NCBI GenBank assembly: GCA_964016885.1
Contig: OZ024741.1
Location: forward strand, 356,562,001 to 356,626,000
DNA: 64,000 nucleotides
Origin: Eledone cirrhosa
Taxonomy: Eukaryota
Direction of reading: 5' to 3'
Positions 37,001 to 49,625 of the stretch are shown piece by piece (within the stretch, counting starts at the first letter, position 1; every line of letters begins with the position of its first letter). Position numbers and translations under genes: made by a program. The notes under the pieces are model-generated. The model had not been told where the DNA came from. It searched no databases and saw only the letters and a program-made list of their open reading frames with translations.

Positions 37001-39846
37001 AGCAGCAGGTGGTGAAGAAACAGATACATCTCTGACAAAAACTAGTGCTGATTTTTTAATCAGTGATGAAGCTTTCTCAACAACATTTGGTAATCAGGTT
37101 TCTTCAAACATAACCACTGAAATCCTTGCCCAAGATATGTCACATTCTACTAATACAAACCAAACTTTTTCACTCATTGATGATAGTTTTGCATCAACAC
37201 CACCAATGCTTAATCCTTCTGGAGAGAATTTGCATTCTTTAACTGATCCTTTTGCTGAGGATACTTTTATTCAAAGTGGAGAAAAACTAAGTTCTTCTTT
37301 CTCAGATTCTGGTTTCCCCACAACAAACTCAGCTTTCCCTATGTTGGAACCATCTGCAGTACCTACAACAGCACCTTTCCCAGAGTCTTCATTTTCTATC
37401 TTAGCTCCACAAACAACTCCTGTTCCAAGTTCCTTTTCAGCAATGGATTCACAAGAAGTTCCTGATATTTCAAAACCGGAAACTAGTCAAATTAACCCCT
37501 TTGACAACATCGATCCAGAGGCTTCTATCCATCTAAATGTAAAAAATCCGTTTTCAATGTTTGAAACTATTGAAGATGATTCCCCTTTTGGGCAGTCTGT
37601 TGATAATAATAAAACTAGCATGTTAATACAACCAGAAATATCTGAAGACATTGCTTCTAAATTAAATGCTTTCCTACAATCTGACATTGCTCCTGACCCT
37701 GTTCCGGTAGCCAGTAGCCCTAATGTTGCTAGTTCATCTGCAGAGGGTGCAGATTCAAACATTAGTTTATTTACAGAAGCAAGTGCCAATCCATTTGTAG
37801 ATCAAAATGATACTCCAGCTGTTGCCACTGCCGAATTTTTTGACGAAGATTTCTTCAACACAAAAACTGCTGAGAAAATTGCTGAAGGGGATTCAGTGAA
37901 AAATGCTTGGGGGGCAATGGAATCTTTAGATAAAGATTCAGCTTTTAATCCTTTCCAAGGTGATAATTTTGATGCTGAAAATATACCCCAAAATATATTA
38001 GATGACATGGACAGTCAAGAGCCAACAAATGACATAAAGAACCCATTTTTGTCTAGTGACTTTAATGCAACTGCTATGATTGGAGAGACAACCATTAATC
38101 CATTTTTGAGTCAAGTAGAAGAACTTGAAAAGGCACAGAGTTCATTGTCAGACAATCTCAGTTTATTCCTAGGTAAAGGAGAAAATTTACCCATTGATCC
38201 AACTGACTTGCCTATAGATGTTTTTGACCCATTCAAAACCATTGAACCTGATGACATTCCAGAAGCATCGGGTGGTATAGCTGTCACACATACAGCAGCT
38301 GTTGATTCAAGTGATGACGACAAAGAATCACCAGATATGGACGATAATAAAGATGCTTTTAAACTGACAATACGAATGAGGGAGCCAGTTGAATCAGGGC
38401 CATCAGTTGCTCTTCCACCTCCTCCCAAAGTGCCCAAATCTCCACAAATGGCACCACGTATAAATCCATTTGATCGAGATTCTCCACCAGAAGAAAACTT
38501 TGCAAAATTCGAAGTGATGGAAACTGAAGATAAAGTCAAGGAGCCAAGAACTGAGACTCAAATGAGTGTTTCTACGACAGAGAGTAGCACACCTGAAGAG
38601 GAAGAAAAACATCTTGAACCCCTTGAGAGCTTCAACCCCAAAATGGAAGAGGAGGGATGGACATTAATGCTTCGACAGCCAACAAAGAAGAAACTGACTG
38701 GTAATCGTTTCTGGAAAACAATTTTTGTGAGACTAGTCCAACAAAATGATGGACCTGTCCTGAAACTTTACAACAGCAAAGACGATAAAGATTCATTTCA
38801 AGAGCTCCCCCTTCAGCCTTGTTACTCTTTGTCTGAAATAGCCCTACAACATTATGATCAATATGGAAAGATTCACACATTGAAAATTCAATATGTTTTC
38901 TACCGTGAAAGAGTTGGAATTCGAACCGAAAAAATTACTCCAACTTTTGTGAAAAATATGAAACCAAAAGCTAATATGATTTTAGACCATGCTCCACAAA
39001 TCTCGGAGCTTCTTAAATTTGGTTCCCTAAATGAACAGACAATTATTTCCTTTGTACAAGAGGTGGAAGATGCATTAATGGGAATTGTTGCTCATCGAGA
39101 AAAAACATTATCATATCAAAAAGATGAAGTTATTGTTGATGTAATCGATGAATACAGAGCAGAAATTAACACAACAGGCCATATTGTAAACCAGAAAGCC
39201 AGAGTAAGAATCTTTTGTTTATCTTTTGTAACAGGTATGCCCTTTGTAGAACTAGGTGTTAATGACAAACGACGCAAAGGGAGAGAAGTTGTTGGTCGAC
39301 ATGACATCATACCTATCAAAACAGAAGAGTGGATCAAACCTGAGAACATTCAATTCCATTGTTCTGCAAAACCAGAAGAATATGAGAAAGATGGAACCAT
39401 TAAATTTCATCCATTGGATGCATGTCATTTTGAATTAATGAGATTTCGTGTGCGACTGAGAGATAATAGAGAGTTGCCTTTGATAGTAAGAGTATTTCGA
39501 AGTATCAAAGAGAGACATGTTGAGTATCGATGTGATGTTGTGTGCACTGGTTACCATGCCTATAGTAAAAAACATGGACAGTTTCCATGTGAAGACATTG
39601 AAATTAGATTTCCAATTCCTGATTGCTGGATCTATTTATTTCGTTATGAAAAACGATTCGGCTATGGATCCTTTAAATCTGCCACCAGAAAACCAGGGAA
39701 AATCAAAGGGCTAGAAAGGTTGACAATGATGACTCAAAGTAGTAGTAATCCAGCTCTTCTTGAAGCCTCTGTAGGCACAGCAAAATATGAAAATGTTTTT
39801 CATGCAATTGTCTGGAGGATTAGCAGATTACCAGAAAGAAATCAAG
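34089..39846 (+). CDS. stnB: Stonin / stoned B-like endocytic adaptor, giant coding exon (exon starts at 34069; StonedA-like N-terminus, DPF/NPF-rich region, stonin homology domain, most of the mu-homology domain)
   Basis: 1963-codon ORF. Pyrimidine tract + ttttcAG acceptor at 34067-34068, then gccATG at 34089. About 18 DPF and 8 NPF motifs. Stonin homology domain (GWTLMLRQPTKKKLTGNRFWK, ~38655 on) and mu-homology domain (FVTGMPFVELGVND, FHPLDACHFELMRFRV, GTAKYENVFHAIVWRISRLP). Donor G|GTTAGT at 39846/39847, phase 1. The start codon is inferred; an upstream coding exon is possible. Confidence 0.93.
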
Positions 39847-40064
39847 GTTAGTTACAAAATCTTTTATTTTCAATGAATTATATTATGGCTCTCTGTAATT
39901 TTTGTCTTCACGTGAATTTTCCTTTATCTAACTGAAAAAGTTGTAATTTATAATGGCTCTCTTTAATTTTTGTCTTAACATGAATTTTTTTTTATCTAAC
40001 TGGAAAAATTGTAATTTCCTGTACAGTAATTATATATAATGTGATAAATTCTAAAATACATTAA

Positions 40065-40272
40065 CCCTTTAGCATTTACATTACTTTGTATTTACTGTTG
40101 TATTTTCACAGTAAAGGCTTTATTTCACATAATATCGAATCTATGAGATTTTGATATTATTTATTTTGAGAACAATACCTTAACATCAGTATGAGTGGCT
40201 GGTTACGGCTGTTTTGAACAGAAAGAGGTGAGAGAATTCTGGCCTGATACAGCTGGTTTAAATGCTAAAGGG
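40065..40272. mobile_element. piggyBac-like MITE
   Basis: TTAA TSDs at 40061-40064 and 40273-40276; perfect 14-bp TIR CCCTTTAGCATTTA. Confidence 0.88.
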
Positions 40273-40689
40273 TTAAGTGGTAGCGCTGGTACCACAATAA
40301 AAAGAACCTATCTACTTAATGTAGCAACATTTTGTGCTGTTCTTTTGAAATATTGCTAAAAACTAACTTGTTCTAATTTATCTAAGAAGCATAATGGTTC
40401 CATATGAAATAGTTACATAAACCACTAGAATGTTAAGGACTTCCATCAGTTACAATAATGATTGTGAAGTGAACTCCTTAACCATTTGGCCATGTTGCAT
40501 CCACTCTTATAGTGAACCCCCACATATAAGACTACCAAAACATCATCAAATAACTATGATTCCTGCTAGTTAGGTTGTTTAGATTACAGAAGCTATCAAA
40601 CATTTCTATGGAACTTTCCCTGGATTAGAAAAGGTTCATTTCACAGAGGATTTTACTACTATCTATCTTTGTGCATTGGCCACATACAA

Positions 40690-42615
40690 TGTCTACTTTC
40701 TCTGTTAACCAGTCTATGATCTCACTACACCTCTTGGGTACCTATATTTCACATTGAGTACATCATATAGAATTTCTATTTGCCCCTTTTCTACATTTTG
40801 AGCATGGTTATTTCCCAGATAGTATCAAGGTTTTGTCTTCTATTCTACTTACTAAAATGTTGGTCTGTGCAAAGTTTACTCTGAGTACTTTTATTTTAGA
40901 TTGTGTTTTCAGTGCTGAAAATTTCTATATAGATCTTACATAAATTCAGCTATAAGAGCTAGGTCATCAATATACAGAAGTTACTATGGGTAACCAACTT
41001 CTTTGTAATGTCCTGGAGCAATATAATAAACAGCAGGGGGATGAGGACCAAGCCTTGATGCACACCTACTTGTACATCATTGGCTTAGTGGTTAAGGTGT
41101 ATGGCTCATGATTTTAAGGTTGTGAGTTTGATTTCCTGCAGTGCATTGTGTCCTTGAGCAAGGCTCGTTATTTCACATTGCTCAAGTTCACTTAGCTGAA
41201 AGAAATGAGTTGTACCTGTATTTCAAAGGGTTAGACTTGTTATACACTGTGGTGCACTGGATCTCCCTGGGAATTATGTTAAAGGTGCAAGTATCAGATT
41301 GCATGTTAATTTCACAAGTGGGCTGTTCTGTTGAGCAAACCACTGAAACACTCACTGGAACTAACATAGGCCCATCATCAACAACTTGCACACCAAATTC
41401 TTCACTAAACTCACAGCCAATAATCACTTTACTGACAGCTTCTCTGTACATGGTTTGCATTGCTGCCAGAAGCCATTTATTTTCCTGCAGACTAAAGAGC
41501 ATGGTATTCTGTCAAAAGCCTTCTCCGAATCAATGAATATTAGGTATAGGGGTTTACTTTTGACTAAGAACTCTTGCAGTTGTATCACTAAGAGGAGGGC
41601 ATCAATTGTATTCTGTCATGGCACAAATCCAAATTGCATCTCATCTAATATATTTCTATTCTTAATCAGTTGTTACTTACATAACCTCCATCAGTTTTAT
41701 ACCTCTGTATTTCTATGGCATCTCCTTTGCCTTTGTAGCTGTTAATGGTGATACTTCCGTGCTATTTATCAAATATGACACCATCATGTATTACTTGGTT
41801 GACTATGCATGTAACTAGCTCAAGCCCTACTTCATCAGATATTTTCAACAACTCTGTAACTATCCCAGATGGCTCAGTGGCTTTTCCATTTTTCATATCT
41901 TCAATGGCCACTTTAACCATATCGTTGTCAACCTCATTAGCTAGTCCTTCTGTTAGATTCACATGGGGTTGTTCCTTCTCCCTCCATGTATTCTCCACAT
42001 TTAGTAATGTCTCATAATAACATTTCTATGCCTCTTTCTCCTGTGCATCAGTGAGGCTAAATGCACCAAAGTCATTCTTGACATTTTTCCCCCAACAACA
42101 TCTTGATTCACACAGAAATCTAAAAAAACCTTCTGCCTCTGGTCTTTAGTATTCACTGTCATCTGTCTGTCCCATTTTCTGATGAGGGTAAAGTCAATCT
42201 GGTTTGTGGGGTCACCAGATTTGTAAGTGATCAAGTGGCTGGCTGGTTTTCTGAAGTTGATATTGTAGATGGTAAGGTCATTTGTATCATAGATCTCTTG
42301 AAGTCTTGGTCTATTTACATTTCTCAAGCCATACCCATTGTTATCCTATACTTCATAGTAGCCATCATAATGTCGTCCAACATATTAATTAAAGTTACCA
42401 GTTAAGATAATGAAATCCTTGTAATTTGTTATTGAGATGATCTACAAAAGATCCTCATAAACAGGATGCTTTTGTTCATTAGTCAGTCCCAATTGTGCTG
42501 CATAAGGAGAGATGATAGTTTAAGTTTCGAACTTCTATCATATACTTTAACTACCTGAATAACTCTACCTATCCACCTCTCTGCTAACATTATACCTACT
42601 TCACCTATCCCTTCA
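40690..42615 (-). mobile_element. Decayed RTE LINE (EN-RT) interrupted by a SINE at ~41078-41370
   Basis: Minus strand ITYKSG...QIDF, MKNGKATEPSGI, WLLAAMQTMY..FSEEFGVQV, VGVHQG; duplicated tgtaca/tgcaca junction. Confidence 0.78.
41078..41370 (+). mobile_element. tRNA-derived SINE inserted in an RTE
   Basis: tggcttagtggttaagg A box, gtttgatttc B-like box, ttgtgtccttgagcaagg core. Confidence 0.65.
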
Positions 42616-42619
42616 TTCA

Positions 42620-43530
42620 GAAAAATCTAGAATCGAAAGGCCTAAAAATAAACTTAATGAAGACTAAATTTTTGATAAGTAGGAAAGAAGCCAGAACTTT
42701 GATACAGTCAAAGCAATAGATCTCTGTGGGCAGAAATTCCATGAGGTGCCCATAGTACAATCTATGAATGCACATGAGATGTAGTGGGATTACTGGCAGA
42801 AGGTAGACTTTATATGTAACAGATGTAAAGGAATAATAAGTACTAAGAACACAAATGAAATATATTCTTTCAGTTGCCTGAGTGGTTTCCAAGAACTTGT
42901 TGACAGCTTTTCAACTTAGGTGATCTAATCAACAGTCTGGAAGTATACTCTGAAAGTATAGTAGCCAGAGTAAGTATGGGCTGGAAGAAAAAAGGTAGCT
43001 AGCTGCTCTACTCACAATGAAGAGCTTCTCATTCAGAGTGAAGGGTAGACTGTATAATGCTTTAAATATCACCACACTTGTCATACAACCATGATATCAT
43101 ACTTATCATCCTTCTTACCTTTCCCATCCTATTCTCTCCCTTTCCTCTGACTTGGGACAAGTCATCTGCCACCCCCACCACCCTCATCCCCCTGGTAGAG
43201 AAGGCTCTTCAGTTGAGTCAATGACACACAGCCCCCCTAGTGTTGGTGCCATGTCAAAATGCACTCCATATACTCTAGGAAGAGCATTCAGTTTTAGAAG
43301 CTATGTAAAAAAAAGTATTAGCGGTACCTTCAATCACATCTCAGATTAAAACAATTTCCCTACTATGGGTGCAATAATAGAATGCACCTAATACATTCTG
43401 TAATGGGCTTGATGTTAGGAAGGGCATCCAACCATAGAAAACTTGCCAAACAAATAGAGTACTCTTCAGTTGTGTCAAATACATGACAACCTCCCTAGTA
43501 CTAGTGCTATGATAAAATGCACCCAGTACA
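42620..43530 (+). mobile_element. Highly decayed RTE fragments plus tail
   Basis: Homologous to 3700-4020 and to the ttaggaagggcatcc tail. Confidence 0.55.
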
Positions 43531-43748
43531 CTTGGTAAAATATTGAAACATATGTAAGCAAGGATCAATATTTTAAAGTAATTCAACCCTTTCACCACTA
43601 TATTTCTAATGAAAGCCACTGCTTATTATTTTTAAATAATTTTGAAAATAGTCAAGAATTTGGAGGGATTTAGTAATATAAATAATTTTCTCAGAATGTC
43701 TGGAACACAACTTAACAAAACTTATGGTGAAAGGTTTTTAGATAAATA

Positions 43749-44384
43749 CTAGCAGAATGGCCTGGTGTTGCTCAAGATTTGCTCTAGGGTTCTTATATAT
43801 TTGATATATATTTATCCTTATCGAGCCTCATGAAATAAATACGTTTGTTTATATTGTGTTATTGTGTATGCAAAAATATCTGTACACGAATATATAATTA
43901 TATATATATATTAAAATAACAGATTAAAGTTTAAGCAAAGAATCGCAGCTTTCACCCTTAATGGAATCTTCTGAAACTAAAAAAAATCAATCTGTGAACG
44001 CAGAAGTAAATATTTCGAAAAACGTTACACACTATATATATATACACACACTATATATACATATATACATACACACACAGATAGCGACGTCATAATGTCG
44101 TAATGCAGACAGCTAGACATACAGACAGATATTATAAGGGTGCAACGTTATATCTATGTATTTATCTAGAAAGAAAGACTAAAAATTATAGAGAGAGATC
44201 GCTAAATCGCCTAATGCGGTCCCTAGGGCATTGAAAATTTGAAAAATTTTTTTCTCAAAACACTCACAGGATCATAAGTATTACATGTGTAAAGTTTGAA
44301 AACAATCGGTTGGGTGGTTCTCGAGTTTTAGGGAGTCAGACAGACAGACAGGCAGACAGACATTCTCTGTTTTAGATATATAGA
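43749..44384 (-). mobile_element. Non-autonomous Helitron (Lep1-like)
   Basis: Minus strand 5'-TC...CTAG-3' between host A and T; degenerate subterminal GC-rich motif; (CAGA)n near the 5' end; removal restores the host MITE consensus gataaata|taaacac. Confidence 0.8.
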
Positions 44385-44419
44385 TAAACACATTTATCCT
44401 TTCATTACTATATATCTAA

Positions 44420-44930
44420 TGAAATACGCTGCCTAAGATTTTCAAATAATTTAGAAAATTGTCAAGAAATCGTGAGAGTATTGCCAAGAGGTGTATTCTT
44501 GTTTCATAGACCTCGGAAAGGCATATGGCTGCATTCAACAGGATTTGTTGTGGAAGGTTGCGCAGGGATCGATAGGCAGCTTCTTGTTGCCCTGAAGTCC
44601 CTATAGGAATTCCCTTGTATTTGTGTTTGTATAATTGGTGATAAGTCAAAACCATTTAACGCGTGTGTCAGACTTCACCAAGAATGCATACTGTCACCTC
44701 TCCTGTTCATTATCTTCATGAACAGAACTGACATGCACAGCCAGGTTAGATGTGGTATCGAGACTGGCAGGTGTAGAATCAGTCAGCTGAAGTTTGTGGA
44801 TGACATGGTACTATGTAACTTGTCAGAAGTTGATCTCTAACATGTACTAGATAGGCTTGCTGCCAAGTGCAGTATGGCAGGAATGAAAATCAGTGCTGCA
44901 AAGACTGAGACACTCACCCTCTCAAGGTGG
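44420..44930 (+). mobile_element. RTE RT fragment
   Basis: DLGKAY, LHQECILSPLLFIIFM, LKFVDDMVL, GMKISAAKTE. Confidence 0.75.
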
Positions 44931-44934
44931 TGGT

Positions 44935-44952
44935 GTTGGTGGTAGTAGTAGC

Positions 44953-44997
<45 letters not shown>

Positions 44998-44998
44998 T

Positions 44999-45040
<42 letters not shown>
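44935..45040. repeat. (TAG)n microsatellite
   Basis: Directly visible. Confidence 0.95.
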
Positions 45041-45752
45041 AATTTGGAGGAATTTAGTAATATCATTTTCTCATTATTAAACTAGTGTTTCAAATATGAT
45101 TTAACAAAGTTTCTTACATCAAATTATGATGTAAAATTCTTAGATAAATATAAACACTTTAAAATAAAGAGTTTTGCATCACAGATTCAAGGCTGGTTTC
45201 AGTCAGTTTGGTAGAAATCTGGTTAAAGCAAAATCTAGTACCAATTAATATAAACTAGAGTTTATATAGTAAGTACAAACAAATGCTTTTATGTTTCTTA
45301 ACATTTAGTTGGGAAAAAGAGTCTTAAGAGCATCGTCTTGGGCGTTTTTAACTTGGCGGCACCCATCCCTCTCCAGGTTTAACCTCAGTTGATATATTCT
45401 GCCATACTGGACTGGATTAGATTGAACTGGACTGCTACTTTATTTCCAAACCTCAAAAAGATGAAAGGCAAAGTTTGCTTTGGTAGGATTTGAATCTTAG
45501 AGTGCATAGTGCTAAAAATGAATACCACAAAGCATTCTACCTGATACCCTAACAATTCTGTCAATTATGTCTGATGCCCTAACAACTCTGTCAATGTGCA
45601 ACCCAAAGATAAGTTGATCTCTGCTAAATCAAAAAGCAGCATATTAGAATCACAGAAAGACCACTTGACTTAGGTCTATCACCTACCTTTTGTGCTGAGG
45701 GAGGTTTCAGAACCTTTTTGATGAGTACTCTAATACACAAAACTCTTAAGGT

Positions 45753-46441
45753 AGAGTTTTCAAATAAGCATATCATTGTAAATTTCCTAAATCTGACGAT
45801 GCACCATTGTAAAGTAGGTTGTGGGGCATATCCCTTGGTGATTGACCCAACTTGACAAGTGCCTTTCTCTATTTAGCCTCATCAAGTTCATATAATTGTC
45901 TTCCTGAATATTTTACCATGATTGACAAGTTCACTTCCAGCTTGATAGTAAAGAAAAAGTTCACATTTATAATGGTTTCTGATTTAGGCACAAGGCCAAC
46001 AATTTTGGGGAAGGGAAAGTTGATTGAATCAATTCCAGTGCGTGACTGGTGCTTTATTTTATCAACCCCTTAAAGATGAAAGGCAAAGCAAACTTTGGTT
46101 GGGATTTGAACTCAGAACATAAAGGGATATAACTCTATGCAACAAAGCATATTGTCTGATGCCTTACCAATACTACTAATCCACCAACCCCGAAAGTGCA
46201 CATTTATAATGAAGTAACACATTTTTTAGTTGTTTATTCAACATCTTGTCAGCATCTATAATCTTACTTAATCAACATCATGTTTAGGTTTCTTGTTGCT
46301 TCATGGTCCTGGTAGACAGAATAGCATCATAGTGTTTTCCCTTTCTCTATTCAAATGACCCCCGGATCAATCTTGCTGTATCACTGGAGGGTCAGTGAAA
46401 TCAGTATGAGTAATTAACTGGAGAGAAGATTCAGTCTATCA
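45753..46441 (-). repeat. Right arm of ~690-bp inverted duplication
   Basis: See 23945-24633; the ORF track gives the same spurious peptide on opposite strands. Confidence 0.95.
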
Positions 46442-47079
46442 TACTTCCTTCCTTTAGAAGCAAACTACAGGCCCAGACAAAAGAAATCATTAAAATAACA
46501 GGAATAGCATAGTGTTAGATTAAATTTCCTTGCAAAGTTTAGTTCTGTTTTTCTTATGGTCTGAGTGGTGCTAATTCTGTCATAGTTGACTATGCCTTCT
46601 ATTACCTCAAGGGTAAATCAATAGTGGTCAGATCAATTGATGATACCCTCTACCCCATAAAGTTGTGGCTTTGTATCAATATGATAAGATGTTGTTTGAA
46701 ATTCTTTAATTCCTATACTAGCAGTCTGGATGGTTTTACACATTTATACAACTTGTATGGATTTCTTACAGCAAGTTTTCCACAGTTGGATGCTTTTCAT
46801 AAAATCAACATATATAAATCAATGAGACAACCAAAATGGTATATTCAGTACTCTACAACTGTGTTTCAAAATATGCAGTGTATATGCATGTGCATCACTC
46901 CATTAACATTTTTGTATACTAAACCACCTGAAAACGCTCCTGGTTCTATGCTAAAAAGCTCTTTATTTTAAAATGTTTATAGTTATCTAAAAACCTTTCA
47001 TCATAATTTTATGTAGAAACCTTGTGGGGTATGAATAAGCGTGTGGGTTTCTTCTTCTTCTTCTTCTTCTTCTTCCTTC

Positions 47080-47290
47080 TCAGGGTCTACCCCTGGGTCT
47101 TTTGCCAGTTGGTTTTGCTAGTAAAATCTGTCCAGTGAGTCTTTCCTACGACATTCTAACCACATGCCCATAATATCTGAGCTGTGACTTTCTGATCTCT
47201 GAACTATTAACTCAATTGAGTAACATTGCTCCAAAGACCCTTCAGAGGAACCCCATTTTGGCCACTTATAATCGCAATCATATTCTTGAT
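47080..47290 (-). mobile_element. RTE C-terminal fragment
   Basis: Homologous to 32410-32650 and 49500-49625. Confidence 0.65.
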
Positions 47291-47504
47291 TATTCAAAAA
47301 TTATTCGAAAATTAAAAGCAGCGTCTTCCATAGAAGTATGATAATGAAAAAATTACATATCTTAGCTTCCACTTAACAGTACATTCTTCATGCAAGCGGC
47401 ATCTATGAGAAATTTCTCCAAGTTATCATTTACAGTTGCCTAATGGTTCTCATTAGAAAATGTATTATTCTCTCAACTCATTTAGTATCTGGTAAATACA
47501 AGTA

Positions 47505-47845
47505 ATCATCATCATCATTTTACGTCCGCTTTTCCCTGATTGCAAGGCTAGGACGGGAACTGATTCTGGCTTGATTTCTACAGCTGGATGCCCTTCCTAA
47601 CACCAACCTCATTTACAGTGAGTGCTAGGTGCTTTTTTGCCGTGGCACCTCCACGACCACTTTACAGTGGAATGATAGGGACCCCAGTCCCTATCATCTC
47701 ATTTCTACAGCTGAGTAAACTGGAGCAATGTGAAATAAAGTATCTTGCTCAAGGAAACAACACATCACCCGGTCTGAGAATTGAATCACAACCTTTCGAT
47801 TGCAAGCCCAATGCTCTAACCACTAAGCCATGTGCCACCAAGTAA
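47505..47845 (-). mobile_element. RTE-tail copy joined to a tRNA-SINE head
   Basis: (CAT)n and ggatgcccttcctaacacc, followed by tcttgctcaaggaaacaacac...ctctaaccactaagcca. Confidence 0.7.
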
Positions 47846-48094
47846 TGAAGTTGGCAAATAGACAGTCATGAGAATGTCAGATAGAATGTTTTGTAGTGTT
47901 CATTCTGGTGAGGTCAACTTTGCCTTTCATCCTTTCAAGTTTGATAAAAAAAAAATACCAGTCCAGCAGTGGGATGATTTTTCATCTGTATCTCTTTTTC
48001 ATTTTCTCTCTTTCACTCTCTCTCCTTCTCTGGAAGAAATCAACAATGTTCATATCTGGCACGTTGATGGGCTCTACCAGGTTTTAAATGCCCT

Positions 48095-48275
48095 AGGCAT
48101 GCTGTATGTCACTATGGCAGTGTGGAAATGCCTAAACAGACTAAGATCTGGTGTTGGACGTGCAAAAATCACTCTTGCAAAATGGGGATATTTAAAGGAT
48201 GGGGGCGTTGTGTGTGACTAAGGCATTGAACCACAGACCATGCAGCACCACCTGATATGCCCCCAGCTGGAATAC
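48095..48275 (+). mobile_element. Vingi/Ingi-like LINE C-terminal fragment
   Basis: WKCLNRLRSGVGRAKITLAKWGY...CD*GIEPQTMQHHLICP zinc-finger signature. Confidence 0.65.
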
Positions 48276-49349
48276 AAAGTACCATGTGATATTTGTTCTG
48301 GTTCTTTATGTTCTGAGTTGAAATCTTGCTGCAGCATACTGCTTTTCATCCTTCGGGGGATTGATAAAATAAAGTACCAGTCAAGCACTGAGGTCAATAG
48401 AATCAACTTCTTTCCCCCAAAGAAAAAGAAAATTGCTAGTTTTGTGCCTATGTTAGAAACCATTATTACCATATTTCTAATGAAAGACTGCCTGAAATTT
48501 TCAAATAATTTGGAAAATAATCAAGAACTTGGACAAATTTAGTAATATAACTAACTTTCTCCATTATTAAGCTAGCATTTGGAACATAACTTAAGAAAGG
48601 TCCTTACATAAAATTATGATGGTCGGTATAAATATAAATATTTAAAAATAAACAGTTTTGTATCATAAAGCTGGGGTCAGTTTCAGGCAGTTTGATATCG
48701 AAAGGGTTATTTTCATAACATTCCCCCATGCCGAGGAAACATTAAGAGATCTAAATAATTTTGGTAGTCGCTGTTGACAAAAAGAACTATACAAGTTGTT
48801 CAGGTTTAAATGGATATTCAGCTTAAAGTTGGTTTTTTCCAATTTTTCTTTGAATAAAATAATTAAATTATTGTTGTTGTTTAGAAAGAGACCTGTTGTT
48901 TGGTGTTAACTCTTAACATCCTGTACCACACAAAACCATATGAAACCACATTATTAAGACATTCTTGTTAAGTACACAGCAACACCATGACTGCATCACA
49001 TTAAAAAATTAATGTCTTTACTTCAGTTTACTGCAAATTTTTACAACAATCTGTCCACTAGAAAAAATACTAAACACATTTCAATTAACAAACTTGTTTT
49101 TAAATATTTTTTGATAAATCATTACAGGATACTAAGAGCATTTACAGTGAAGTGATTCTATTGCTGTTGCTATTTAACCCTGTTCTAATAAAATACAGTT
49201 TGTGTGTTTCAAATAATTTTCAAAATAACCAAAAATTCAAATGGACTTAATAAATCAAGGCATGTGGTCCAGTGGTTAGGTCTTATGGTCACAAGGTTGT
49301 GAAGTTGATTGCTGGATAGAGTGGTGTATTTTGTTCCTCCCTTCCTCCT

Positions 49350-49625
49350 TCCACTTCTTCACCCACTTATTCCTGAGAGGGTTGTGGGGGCAGAGTCCTC
49401 AAACACTCCCTCCAGCGGGTCCTGTCAGAAGCAACCATCTCCAACTGATCCAGCTGGATCCCCAAGCGTGACCAGCCAAGCTTATGGATGTTATCCAACC
49501 ATCTTGCTCGAGGTCTACCTCTGGGTCTCCTACCTGTTGGTTTTTGCCCATAAAATCTGTCCAGTGATTCTTTCCTGAAACATTCTAACCACATGCTGTA
49601 CAGGAGCTGTGATCTCTCAATTTGT
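49350..49625 (-). mobile_element. RTE LINE 3' end
   Basis: KPTGRRPRGRPRARWLD...ASDRTRWRECL. Confidence 0.8.

Noticed and set aside
34886-38880. Antisense ORFs over the stonin exon
   Set aside because: Codon-bias shadows with no recognisable domains.
39847-39851. TAG as the true stop of stonin
   Set aside because: It lies inside the GTTAGT donor; the MHD is completed by the exon at 55958.
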